Part shown: positions 1 through 7,892 of the stretch, piece by piece
Position numbering within the stretch: position 1 is the stretch's first letter
Layout of the letters: each line of letters opens with the position of its first letter
Source of the DNA: Kiritimatiella glycovorans
GTDB lineage: Bacteria > Verrucomicrobiota > Kiritimatiellia > Kiritimatiellales > Kiritimatiellaceae
Direction: 5' to 3'
Length of the DNA: 32,000 bases
Assembly: GCF_001017655.1 (NCBI RefSeq)
Contig: NZ_CP010904.1
Span: 1,710,001 to 1,742,000 of the forward strand
Made by a program: the position numbers and the translations under genes
The notes under the pieces: generated by a model
Told to the model about the DNA's origin: nothing
Seen by the model: only the letters and a program-made list of their open reading frames with translations
The model's database searches: none

Positions 1-131
1 TCGGCGATGCCGCCGACCTCAAGATTGAGGCCGGTCCGTTCGGCGATCCGTGCGCCGTTGCGCCTCAATCCTTCGACGACTCCCGCACCGACCGTCCCGA
101 ATCCCAGGATCCCCACTCGTACCGTTTTCAT
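1..131 (-). CDS. hom: homoserine dehydrogenase, N-terminal fragment (continues beyond window start)
   Basis: Not in the ORF track because it is open-ended. ATG at 131..129 translates to MKTVRVGILGFGTVGAGVVEGLRRNGARIAERTGLNLEVGGIA, a Rossmann GxGxxG N-terminus typical of Hom. It starts 6 nt after the ackA stop on the same strand. Confidence 0.6.
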   Translation of the reverse strand, partial: MKTVRVGILGFGTVGAGVVEGLRRNGARIAERTGLNLEVGGIA

Positions 132-136
132 CCGCA

Positions 137-1354
137 TCAAACCTTCTCTGATTCTACTTCCGATATCAGCCGGTAGGTATCGCGCGCGATAACCAGCTCT
201 TCATCGGTATGGATGACCAGCCCCGCGACCGCCGAATCCTCCGTCGTGATGACGGTCTCGTGATTCCGGTTGGCTTCGACATCGACCTTGAGTCCGAGGA
301 ACCCGAAATTCTCGAGCACGGAGGCCCGGATATGGTGCTCATTCTCACCCACTCCGGCGGTAAAGACAATAGCATCCACTCCGTTCATGGCGGCGGCGTA
401 GGCGCCGATGTACTTCTGGATACTGTACACGTACATCTCCACCGCCTCCGCGGCCTCCCGGTCTCCTTCGACGACGGCCGAGCGGATGTCGCGCATGTCG
501 CGCCGGCCGCAAATCCCGAGCAGTCCGCCCTGTTTGTTCATGATGGCGCTGACCTGCGAGACGCTGAGCCCCTCGTTTTCCATCATGTGCAGCGGAATGT
601 AGGGATCCAGGTCGCCCGAGCGGGTACCCATGACGATCCCTGCCAGCGGGGTGAAGCCCATGGACGTGTCGATCGACTTCCCATCCTCGAAGGCGGTGAT
701 CGATCCGCCGTTCCCCAAGTGGCAGGTGATGATCTTCAGGTCCCGCAGGGGCCGGCCCAGGGCCTCGGCGGCCTGCCCGGCGACGTATCCGTGCGACGTC
801 CCGTGAAACCCGTAGCGGCGGATGCGGTAATTCTTGTACTGCTCGCGCGGCAGCCCGTACATGTAGGCCTTGCGGGGCATAGTCTGGTGAATGGCCGTAT
901 CGAAGACCGCGACCTGCGGAATGTCCGGCAGGATCTCGTAGACGGCCTGGATACCCATCAGGTTGGGAGGATTGTGCAGCGGGGCGAGATCGGCGTTCTT
1001 CCGGATCGCCTTGACCACTGCCTTGTTGATCCGCACCGAACGGGTGAAATCCTCGCCCCCGTGGACGACGCGGTGGCCCACGCCCCACAGGTCGTCCAGG
1101 GACTGGAGCACGCCCTTTTCAGAATCCTGAAGCATCTCCAGGATGCCGTTGATCGCCTGTTTATGATCCTTGATCTCCCCGTACCGGTGCAGCTTGGCGC
1201 CGTCGCTGCGCTTCTGCTCAAGCGTCGAGCCCGTGATGCCGATGCGGTCGGCCTGCCCCCTGGCGAGCACCTCGTACTCGTCGTTTCCGTCGGTGACTTC
1301 GAAAAGCTGGTACTTGATGGATGAGGATCCGGAATTGATTACTAGAATTTTCAT
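137..1354 (-). CDS. ackA: acetate kinase
   Basis: 405 aa. N-terminus MKILVINSGSSSIKYQLF and the GFHGTSH motif are hallmarks of the acetate/propionate kinase family. The ATG overlaps the pta stop (ATGA at 1351-1354). Confidence 0.95.
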   Translation of the reverse strand: MKILVINSGSSSIKYQLFEVTDGNDEYEVLARGQADRIGITGSTLEQKRSDGAKLHRYGEIKDHKQAINGILEMLQDSEKGVLQSLDDLWGVGHRVVHGGEDFTRSVRINKAVVKAIRKNADLAPLHNPPNLMGIQAVYEILPDIPQVAVFDTAIHQTMPRKAYMYGLPREQYKNYRIRRYGFHGTSHGYVAGQAAEALGRPLRDLKIITCHLGNGGSITAFEDGKSIDTSMGFTPLAGIVMGTRSGDLDPYIPLHMMENEGLSVSQVSAIMNKQGGLLGICGRRDMRDIRSAVVEGDREAAEAVEMYVYSIQKYIGAYAAAMNGVDAIVFTAGVGENEHHIRASVLENFGFLGLKVDVEANRNHETVITTEDSAVAGLVIHTDEELVIARDTYRLISEVESEKV

Positions 1355-2370
1355 GATGACTCGTTTCTCCCGTCGATGGCCTGCCGGGCGGTGATGGCGA
1401 CTACGCCGATGATATCGTCGACGCTGCAGCCGCGCGAAAGGTCGTTGACCGGCCGGGCGAGACCCTGCAGCACGGGTCCGTAGGCCTCGGCTCCGCCGAG
1501 GCGCTGCACCAGCTTATACCCGATGTTTCCGGCGTTTAGATCGGGAAAGATGAGCACGCGCGCCTCGCCGCCGAGCGGGCTTCCGGGAGCCTTCCGCTCC
1601 GCCACGCCGGGAACGATGGCCGCGTCGACCTGGAGTTCGCCGTCCAGCGCCACTTCATGCTCTTCGCCGGACTCCGCGAGCATCTCCTGCGCCCTCCGGG
1701 TCGCCTCCACCACCTTCCGGGTCAACACACTGTCTGCCGAACCTTTCGTGGAGTAGGACAGCAGGGCCACGCGGGCGGGAATGCGGAACTGACGCGCGGA
1801 ACGGGAACTCTCGATGGCGATCTTTGCGAGCTGTTCGGCATCCGGGTTTTCCACGAGTCCGGCATCGGAAAAGATGTACGGAACCCCTTCGCACACCATA
1901 AAGAAAAGGCTCGATACCATCGAACCCTTCCGCTTGCCCCGCACGAGCTGCAGCGCGGGCCGGACCGTGTCGGCCGTCGAATGGACCGCGCCGGAGACGA
2001 GCCCGTCGGCCTCGCCCCCGCGCACCATCAGCATCCCGTATATGTTGGATTTGGTCACCGCCTCGCGCGCCTGTTCCTCCGTGACGCCCTTGTGCCGGCG
2101 CGCCTCATGGTAAAGCTCCGCGTATCGTCCGGCGTCCGGGGACTGCGCGGGATCGACGATCTTCAGGGAGTCGACTTCCATCCGCTGCTGACGATACCAT
2201 GACCGGATCTCCTCCTCCGGCCCCAGTAGCGTGACGTCCGCCAAACCCTCCGCGGCCGACCGGGCCGCCGCGCGGCGCACCCTCTCGTCGTCGCCTTCAG
2301 GCAGGACGATCCGGCATCCGCGGCCCCTGACCTGTTCCATCACTCCGGTTATGAAATCACTCGCACTCAT
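1351..2370 (-). CDS. pta: phosphate acetyltransferase (short form)
   Basis: Contains RIVLPEGDDERV, GAVHSTADTVRPALQ and NDLSRGCS, all Pta-like. I chose the internal ATG at 2370 (MSASDFITG...), which follows a GAGAGGA Shine-Dalgarno-like sequence. The 42 upstream codons of the track ORF look like non-coding read-through. Confidence 0.9.
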   Translation of the reverse strand: MSASDFITGVMEQVRGRGCRIVLPEGDDERVRRAAARSAAEGLADVTLLGPEEEIRSWYRQQRMEVDSLKIVDPAQSPDAGRYAELYHEARRHKGVTEEQAREAVTKSNIYGMLMVRGGEADGLVSGAVHSTADTVRPALQLVRGKRKGSMVSSLFFMVCEGVPYIFSDAGLVENPDAEQLAKIAIESSRSARQFRIPARVALLSYSTKGSADSVLTRKVVEATRRAQEMLAESGEEHEVALDGELQVDAAIVPGVAERKAPGSPLGGEARVLIFPDLNAGNIGYKLVQRLGGAEAYGPVLQGLARPVNDLSRGCSVDDIIGVVAITARQAIDGRNESS

Positions 2371-2469
2371 TCGCGTCCTCTCACTCGTCAACCGCCCTCT
2401 CTGCCGCCCCGATCCATCGTGTTCCGGGGGGCCTTTTTCCGCCGCTATTACGGCCCGCAAAAAAAACGG

Positions 2470-2499
2470 ACGCACTGTAACAGAGCACTTACGCACTGT
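2470..2499. promoter_or_regulatory. two direct copies of ACGCACTGT spaced 21 bp start to start, in the divergent pta / DUF4186 control region (candidate operator)
   Basis: ACGCACTGT occurs at 2470-2478 and 2491-2499. The 21-bp spacing equals two helical turns. The site lies in a non-coding gap between divergent genes. Confidence 0.25.
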
Positions 2500-2531
2500 C
2501 CAACCCTACCTCGAAACAAGTCTGAAATCGC

Positions 2532-2560
2532 TTGATTTTAAGCGGATTCCGGATTAAATT
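2532..2560 (+). promoter_or_regulatory. sigma70-like promoter candidate for the DUF4186-pcnB unit
   Basis: TTGATT (2532-2537), a 17-nt spacer, then TAAATT (2555-2560). It sits in the most AT-rich stretch of the gap. Confidence 0.35.
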
Positions 2561-2622
2561 CTATGCTCGCCCGAAGGAGTGGATCGCAACAGCGAACGCG
2601 CCGATTCAACGAAACCCGGGGC

Positions 2623-3027
2623 ATGATGGACTCCATGACGATGACCGCGACGATGACCAGGCTGGACAACTGGAAAGAGATCAGGCAGCGCTTCGAAAAA
2701 TCGAAGCACCGTCGTCAGTTCCAATTCGGTGAGGCCGAACGCGAATACGTAAGCTCACGCGGAATGGACATCATCCGCCGTCATGCAAGCGATTTTGTCC
2801 GCAAGCGGCTCCGGCCCGCCAATCCGCGCAACGACGGACGCCAGACCCCGACGAAAGGACATCCGGTTTTCATCGCCCAGCATGCGACCGCGACCTGCTG
2901 CCGCAAATGCCTCTCCAAAGTTCATCGCATCGAACTGGACCGACCGCTGACGGACGACGAGGCCGCGTTCGCGGTGAATGTGATCGTCCAGTGGATTGCG
3001 GATCAGATGAACACCCCTTCCACCTGA
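2623..3027 (+). CDS. DUF4186 family protein (function unknown)
   Basis: The motif GHPVFIAQHATATCCRKCL and overall layout match my recollection of DUF4186. The start is uncertain, with Met codons at 2623, 2626, 2635, 2641 and 2653. The track start at 2563 would lie inside or ahead of the predicted promoter. Confidence 0.7.
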   Translation: MMDSMTMTATMTRLDNWKEIRQRFEKSKHRRQFQFGEAEREYVSSRGMDIIRRHASDFVRKRLRPANPRNDGRQTPTKGHPVFIAQHATATCCRKCLSKVHRIELDRPLTDDEAAFAVNVIVQWIADQMNTPST

Positions 3028-3045
3028 CCGCCCCCTTGTTATCCG

Positions 3046-4314
3046 ATGGACGACCGCTCAGAGACCCCCGCCGCCCCGCCCGCTGATCCTCAGGGATCTG
3101 CCGCGGTCATCGACCGCGGCAGTCATCCGGTGAGCCGCAGGAACATCAGCAGCGCCGCGATCAAGGTGCTCTACAGAATCAAGAACCACGGCCACCTCGC
3201 CTATCTCGCCGGAGGCGGCGTCCGCGATCTGCTTCTCAATCGCACTCCCAAGGATTTCGATATCGCCACCGACGCCACGCCCGAAGAACTGCGCGCCATG
3301 TTCAACAACTCGCGCATCATCGGGCGGCGATTCCGGCTCGTTCATGTGCTCTTCCGCGGGGAGATTATCGAAGTCTCCACCTTCCGCGCGGGGGTCAGGG
3401 CCGAAGACGCCGAACAGCATTCCGACCACGCATTCCGCACCGAGGACGGCGTGATCGTGCGGGATAACGTCTGGGGCACCGCCGCCCAGGACGCCCTGCG
3501 CCGCGACTTCACGGTCAATGCCCTGTTCTATAACATCGCCGATTTTTCGATCATCGATTACGTGGGCGGGCTCGAAGACATCGACCGGCGCACCATCCGC
3601 GTGATCGGCGATCCCACCGATCGCTTCACCGAGGACCCGGTGCGCATGATCCGCGCGATCCGTTTCGCCGCCACACTGGGATTCGATATCGAGGAGACGG
3701 CCCGCCGGTCTATCGGGGAACTTGGAGAAACCATGCAGGCCGCCTCGCCGGCCCGCCTCTACGAAGAGGTCCGCAAACTGTTCCTGTGCGGAAACGGGGA
3801 ACGGGTCTTTGAACTGCTCTCCGAGCTGGATTTCATCGAGCCGCTCTTCCCGGAACTCGGGGAGTGGCTGAAAGATCCCGAGGGCGAAGCGGGCGTACAC
3901 TGGATCCGAAACACGTTCCGCCAGCTCGACCGCTGGGTCGCGGCGGGACTGAAAGTGGATACGCCTCTCATGTTCGCGCTCCTGTTCGGGGCCTACCACG
4001 AACGCCGGGCCGAGACGCTCTGCCGGGAAGAGTCCCTGTCACCCGCCGCCGCGCTTCAGCAGGCGACGCACGATCATATCCTCCAGCTCGGCGAACGGAT
4101 CGCCATCCCGAAAAACGACCGGGCACGGATCGCCCGGATCATGGCCCTTCAGCCGCGTTTCCGTAAAACGACGCCGTCCAGAGTCCATAAGCTGGAACGA
4201 AATCCCCAGTTCCTCGACGCCTGGCTCTATTTCAAATTCGCCGCCAAGACGTTCGACCGCGACGGCAAAGAAGTGACGTTCTGGGAAAAACGCCATCGGG
4301 GGGAAGGGGGATGA
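3046..4314 (+). CDS. pcnB: poly(A) polymerase I / tRNA nucleotidyltransferase family protein (PcnB-like)
   Basis: AYLAGGGVRDLLLNRTPKDFDIAT (GG..RD...DxD nucleotidyltransferase core), RIIGRRFRLVHV and RDFTVNALFYN are typical of PcnB/CCA-adding enzymes. Confidence 0.85.
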   Translation: MDDRSETPAAPPADPQGSAAVIDRGSHPVSRRNISSAAIKVLYRIKNHGHLAYLAGGGVRDLLLNRTPKDFDIATDATPEELRAMFNNSRIIGRRFRLVHVLFRGEIIEVSTFRAGVRAEDAEQHSDHAFRTEDGVIVRDNVWGTAAQDALRRDFTVNALFYNIADFSIIDYVGGLEDIDRRTIRVIGDPTDRFTEDPVRMIRAIRFAATLGFDIEETARRSIGELGETMQAASPARLYEEVRKLFLCGNGERVFELLSELDFIEPLFPELGEWLKDPEGEAGVHWIRNTFRQLDRWVAAGLKVDTPLMFALLFGAYHERRAETLCREESLSPAAALQQATHDHILQLGERIAIPKNDRARIARIMALQPRFRKTTPSRVHKLERNPQFLDAWLYFKFAAKTFDRDGKEVTFWEKRHRGEGG

Positions 4315-4329
4315 GGGGGAGGATTTTGT

Positions 4330-4509
4330 GAGTGAGAAACCTGAAACCTGAGACCTGAGTAAGAGGGGGAGAGGTCTGAGTGAGAAACCTGAAACCTGAG
4401 ACCTGAGTAAGAGGGGGAGAGGTTTGAGTGAGAAACCTGAAACCTGAGACCTGAGTAAGAGGGGGAGAGGTTTGAGTGAGAAACCTGAAACCTGAGACCT
4501 GAGTAAGAG
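4330..4509 (+). repeat. tandem repeat, 3.75 copies of a 48-bp unit (left arm of a large inverted structure)
   Basis: Units lie at 4330-4377, 4378-4425, 4426-4473 and 4474-4509 (truncated). The unit is gagtgagaaacctgaaacctgagacctgagtaagagggggagaggtYt, and only one C/T position differs among copies. Each unit contains three consecutive heptads CCTGARN. Confidence 0.95.
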
Positions 4510-4561
4510 CTGCGGATTCCAAGGCTCACCCGCCTTTTCCCGTCGCAGCTTATGACCCCGC

Positions 4562-4604
4562 TCCTGAGTTCCACATGGGGACACCCGGGGGAATATCGTA
4601 CTCG
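4562..4604 (+). repeat. conserved 43-nt core, copy 1 (TCCTGAGTTCCACATGGGGACACCCGGGGGAATATCGTACTCG)
   Basis: 42/43 identical to 27615-27657 in the same orientation. It is preceded by a 7-bp hairpin (agctgcg 4508-4514 / cgcagct 4544-4550). Confidence 0.9.
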
Positions 4605-4682
4605 AATTATGTTCTCTCTGAATCCCGATTTCGGCTTCGATCCGGATTTCGAGATCCCATCCGCATCATCAAGCTTCCCACT

Positions 4683-4806
4683 CTCTTACTCAGGTTTCAG
4701 GTCTCAGGTTTCCCACTCATAAATCTTACTCAGGTCTCAGGTCTCAGGTTTCCCACTCATAAATCTTTCTCAGGTTTCTCACTCTCTTACTCCGCTTTCC
4801 CACTCA
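4683..4806 (-). repeat. degenerate reverse-complement copies of the 4330-4509 unit (right arm)
   Basis: Copies lie at 4683-4718, 4725-4758 and 4765-4784, plus a partial copy to about 4806, separated by ATAAAT. The reverse complement of 4683-4718 matches the first 36 nt of the left unit at 33/36 positions. Confidence 0.9.
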
Positions 4807-4809
4807 CCG

Positions 4810-5814
4810 TCACCCTCCCCCGCTCAGTTCCCTCATCGTATGCTCAAAGATGAGCCGGTCGCGGCGCGCGAGACGTGCGAGCCGCTCGCTCATGCGCTCC
4901 AGGGTGCGGAGGTGGTGAAGCGCGGTCGAGGGCGTGAGCCGCGAGGCGCCGCGGGCGAGCGCTTCGCGCCGCCCCCCGAAATGCAGGCAGGCGCAGTCGC
5001 CCGCCACGGTGAGCGTCCACAGGTCCCGGACCCAGGAGATCAATTCGGCCAGCACGGCGTTGCGCGCCTCGATCGTCCGGGTGCGGATGCGCGCCTCTAC
5101 CTCCTTGCGGTCCGGCTCTTCCCCCTCTGCCCCGATCTCGCGCTCTACTTCCGCCTCCGCTTCGGCCGCCGCCTCGTCGAGCAGATCGCACACCCGGGAG
5201 GCCAGTCCTTCCGCCTCGAGCGGATTGGAAGGAGGATACGCCTCGAGCAGATCAGCCAGGGACGCGGCGCGCGGATCGGCTTCGACACACCCCCCGCCCG
5301 ACGGCTTGAGCAGCTGGCATCGCGACCGGATGGTCGACAGCAGCGCGCCCGGACGTTCGGCGATCAGGATGAGGAGGGTGTTGTCCGGAGGCTCTTCCAG
5401 GGTCTTGAGAAACTTGTTCTGGGCGGCCGGGTGCAGGCATTCGGCCGAGAGAATGAGCCCCGCCTTCCATCCGCCTTCGTAGGCGGTCCGGGAGATCGGG
5501 GTGAGGACCTGTTCGCGGAGGTCTTCCACCCTGATCTGACGCGACTTGCTTTTCGGCTCGACCCGGTGCACGTCGGGGTGCGCGAGTTCCGCAACCCTGA
5601 CACACGGGCTGCAGACGCCGCAGGGCGGCGAGTCCGCAGTGCAGTAGAGGATCTGAATCATGGACTCGGCCAGACGCAGCGCGGCGCCGCGGGGTGCGCC
5701 GGCGATCAGATAGGCGTGGGCGAGGCGCCCCCGTTCCCGGCTCCGAAGCACGCCCTCCCAGGCCTGATCGTAACCGGCCGTATCCGGTCGGGTCACCTCC
5801 GCCCCCGGGGTCAT
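4810..5814 (-). CDS. holB: DNA polymerase III subunit delta prime
   Basis: HAYLIAGAPRGAA, a CGVCSPC zinc module, LKTLEEPP and STIRSRCQ are delta-prime/clamp-loader motifs. I chose the ATG at 5814, which overlaps the tmk stop (ATGA); an alternative ATG is at 5823. The longer track ORF would overlap tmk extensively. Confidence 0.85.
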   Translation of the reverse strand: MTPGAEVTRPDTAGYDQAWEGVLRSRERGRLAHAYLIAGAPRGAALRLAESMIQILYCTADSPPCGVCSPCVRVAELAHPDVHRVEPKSKSRQIRVEDLREQVLTPISRTAYEGGWKAGLILSAECLHPAAQNKFLKTLEEPPDNTLLILIAERPGALLSTIRSRCQLLKPSGGGCVEADPRAASLADLLEAYPPSNPLEAEGLASRVCDLLDEAAAEAEAEVEREIGAEGEEPDRKEVEARIRTRTIEARNAVLAELISWVRDLWTLTVAGDCACLHFGGRREALARGASRLTPSTALHHLRTLERMSERLARLARRDRLIFEHTMRELSGGG

Positions 5815-6458
5815 GGCAGCCATCCCGTGTCTGAAATTTCCCGCCACAACGTCGCGAACACCTCCTCCGGCGGCGCGGATGCGTCGATGACCCGAAACCG
5901 GCCCGGTTCCCCGCGGGCGAGGTCGAGGTATCCCTCCCGGATGCGGCGGTGGAACTCGATCGGCTCGCGCTCGATCCGGTCCGGCGCGCTCGATCCGTCC
6001 GCGAACAGCGGCTCCAGCCGCGCCATACCGGTCTCCGCCGGCAGATCCAGCAGCAGGGTGAGATCGGGCATCACGCCCGCGACGGCGAACCGGTTCAGTC
6101 CGTCCAGCGCATCGGCAGAGAGTCCGCGCCCCGGACCCTGATAGACGGTGGTGGAATCCAGGTAGCGGTCGCCGACCACCCATTCGCCGCGCTCCAGGGC
6201 GGGTCCGATCACCCGGGCGGCCAGCTGCGCCCGACTGGCGGCGAAGAGCAGCACCTCGCAGCGCGCCGTCATGGCCTCTTCCGTCTCCCGGTGCTGGAGG
6301 AGTTCGCGAATGGCCTCGCCGATCTCCGTCCCGCCCGGTTCGCGCACGTGGCGCACGGTAAGGCCCCGATCCTGAAGCGAAGCGACCAGCCGGCGGGCCT
6401 GCGTGGTCTTACCGCCGCCCTCCGGCCCCTCGAATGTGATGAAGCGACCTGTTTTCAT
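5811..6458 (-). CDS. tmk: thymidylate kinase
   Basis: FITFEGPEGGGKTTQ P-loop and a DRY motif. Length is 215 aa. Confidence 0.95.
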   Translation of the reverse strand: MKTGRFITFEGPEGGGKTTQARRLVASLQDRGLTVRHVREPGGTEIGEAIRELLQHRETEEAMTARCEVLLFAASRAQLAARVIGPALERGEWVVGDRYLDSTTVYQGPGRGLSADALDGLNRFAVAGVMPDLTLLLDLPAETGMARLEPLFADGSSAPDRIEREPIEFHRRIREGYLDLARGEPGRFRVIDASAPPEEVFATLWREISDTGWLP

Positions 6459-6494
6459 GGGCGGGATGAACCGTAGCAGGGAAATGGACCCATG

Positions 6495-7892
6495 TCAGCT
6501 CCGCGTCAGTTTGGGCCCCTCCGGCGTGTCCTTCACGACCCAGCCCCGAGCGGCTAGTTCGTCGCGGATCCGGTCGGCCGCGTCGAAATCGCGCCTCCGG
6601 CGCGCCTCCTGACGCTCGTGCGCCATGCGCTCGATCTCCTCCGGAACCTCCAGCCGGGGCGGCACCAGATAGCCGAACACGGTGTCGAGACGCCGCCAGA
6701 GGTCGAGCACCGCGGCGGCCGCGGACTCGTCCACCTCCCCCGCATCCAGGGCGCGGTTGCCCTCGTGCACGGCATCGAATACGGCCGCCGAGGCGCCCGA
6801 CACGTTCAGATCGTCGTCCATCGCCTCCCGGAACCGCGGCTCGGTATCCCGCGCCCATGCGGGGAGTTCGCCCGGCGACGCGCCCGAGGCCGTCTCCTCC
6901 AGGCGCCGGTAGAATTCATCGAGGCGCCGGAGCGCGCTGCGTCCGGCCTCGAGCGAGCGGAGGGTGAAATTGAGCGACTGGCGATAGTGGGCCGAGGCCA
7001 GTTCGCACCGGATCTCGCGCCCCGAAAAACCCCGGTCGCGCAGGTCGCGCAACGTGAAGAAATTGCCGAGCGACTTCGACATCTTCTTGTCTTCGACCAC
7101 GAGATATCCGCAGTGCATCCAGTAGCGGACGAACGGCTCGCCGGTGGCCGCCTCGCTCTGGGCGGTCTCGTCCTCGTGGTGCGGAAATATGTTGTCTACG
7201 CCGCCGGTATGGATATCCAGCGTAGGCCCGAGGTAGTGCATGCTCATGGCCGAACACTCGATATGCCAGCCCGGCCGGCCGCGTCCCCACGGGGCCTCCC
7301 ACGCCACGTCCCCGTCCTCCGGGGTCCACGCCTTCCAGAGCGCGAAGTCGGCGACGTTCTCCTTCTCGTACTCGTCGTGGGCCACGCGGGCTCCGCTGCG
7401 CATCCCCTCGCGGTCGAGCCGCGCCAGTTTTCCGTACTCCTCGAACCGGTCGATGCTGAAATAAATCGAGCCGTCCTCGGCGCGGTACGCGTAGCCCTTA
7501 TCCATGAGCGTCTGCACGAGATCGATCATGTCCTGCACGTGATCGGTGGCGGCGGGATAGAACTCCGCCGGCTCGACGTTGAGGGTGTGCAGGTCTTCGA
7601 AAAAGGCGTCGATGTAGGGCTTTGTGTACTCCTTCAGCGGGACGCCTTTTTCGCGCGCGCCGCGGATGGTTTTGTCGTCGACGTCCGTCAGGTTCTGCAC
7701 CTGGATGACCCGGTAGCCGAGGTAGCGGAGGTAGCGGCGCAACAGGTCCTCGAAGACATACGCGCGAAAATTGCCGATGTGGGCAAAGTCGTAGACCGTG
7801 GGGCCGCAGGTGTACATGCGCACCACGCCCTCTTCAAGGGGCTCGAAGGCCTCCCTGCTCCGGGACATCGTGTTGTACAGCCGGAGGGTCAT
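6495..7892 (-). CDS. cysS: cysteine--tRNA ligase
   Basis: [16 protein letters not shown] (HIGH region) and KMSKSLGN (KMSKS). The start is the internal ATG at 7892 (MTLRLYNT...), which overlaps the clpX stop (ATGA). The 138 upstream codons of the track ORF lie inside clpX. Confidence 0.95.
   Translation of the reverse strand: MTLRLYNTMSRSREAFEPLEEGVVRMYTCGPTVYDFAHIGNFRAYVFEDLLRRYLRYLGYRVIQVQNLTDVDDKTIRGAREKGVPLKEYTKPYIDAFFEDLHTLNVEPAEFYPAATDHVQDMIDLVQTLMDKGYAYRAEDGSIYFSIDRFEEYGKLARLDREGMRSGARVAHDEYEKENVADFALWKAWTPEDGDVAWEAPWGRGRPGWHIECSAMSMHYLGPTLDIHTGGVDNIFPHHEDETAQSEAATGEPFVRYWMHCGYLVVEDKKMSKSLGNFFTLRDLRDRGFSGREIRCELASAHYRQSLNFTLRSLEAGRSALRRLDEFYRRLEETASGASPGELPAWARDTEPRFREAMDDDLNVSGASAAVFDAVHEGNRALDAGEVDESAAAAVLDLWRRLDTVFGYLVPPRLEVPEEIERMAHERQEARRRRDFDAADRIRDELAARGWVVKDTPEGPKLTRS

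Noticed and set aside
2475-2483. CTGTAACAG as a LexA/SOS box
   Set aside because: The gammaproteobacterial box is CTGT-N8-ACAG, and here the halves are 1 nt apart. No SOS gene is adjacent.
4330-4509. Possible CRISPR array
   Set aside because: The 48-bp units are contiguous with no unique spacers. There are no cas genes, and reverse-complement copies lie downstream. It is a tandem/inverted repeat, not CRISPR.
4039-4584. Three overlapping minus-strand ORFs (4039..4584, 4227..4574, 4232..4522) encoding repetitive peptides such as LLLRSQVSGFSLKPLP x4
   Set aside because: All three frames are open only because the 48-bp unit (16 codons) contains no stop on that strand. The longest ORF runs antisense into the well-supported pcnB 3' end. 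There is no ribosome-binding site. These are artefacts of the tandem repeat.
4562-4604. Reading the core as a sigma70 promoter (TTC[C/A]AC, 17 nt, AATATC), or as a hammerhead-like CUGAGU element
   Set aside because: Both hexamers match consensus at only about 3/6 positions, and copy 1 has no downstream gene on that strand. The CUGAGU string does not fit the CUGANGA hammerhead core, and I could not find the GAAA box or three-stem layout. It remains an untested possibility only.
4575-4853. ORFs 4575..4853 and 27595..27882 share the peptide start MGTPGGISYS, which could suggest a conserved small protein or RiPP precursor
   Set aside because: The identity is at nucleotide level and extends 14 nt upstream of the ATG, with no synonymous variation. 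The two frames diverge completely right after the core. There is no Shine-Dalgarno, and the remaining sequence is repeat-derived low complexity. The conservation belongs to the DNA/RNA element, not to a peptide.
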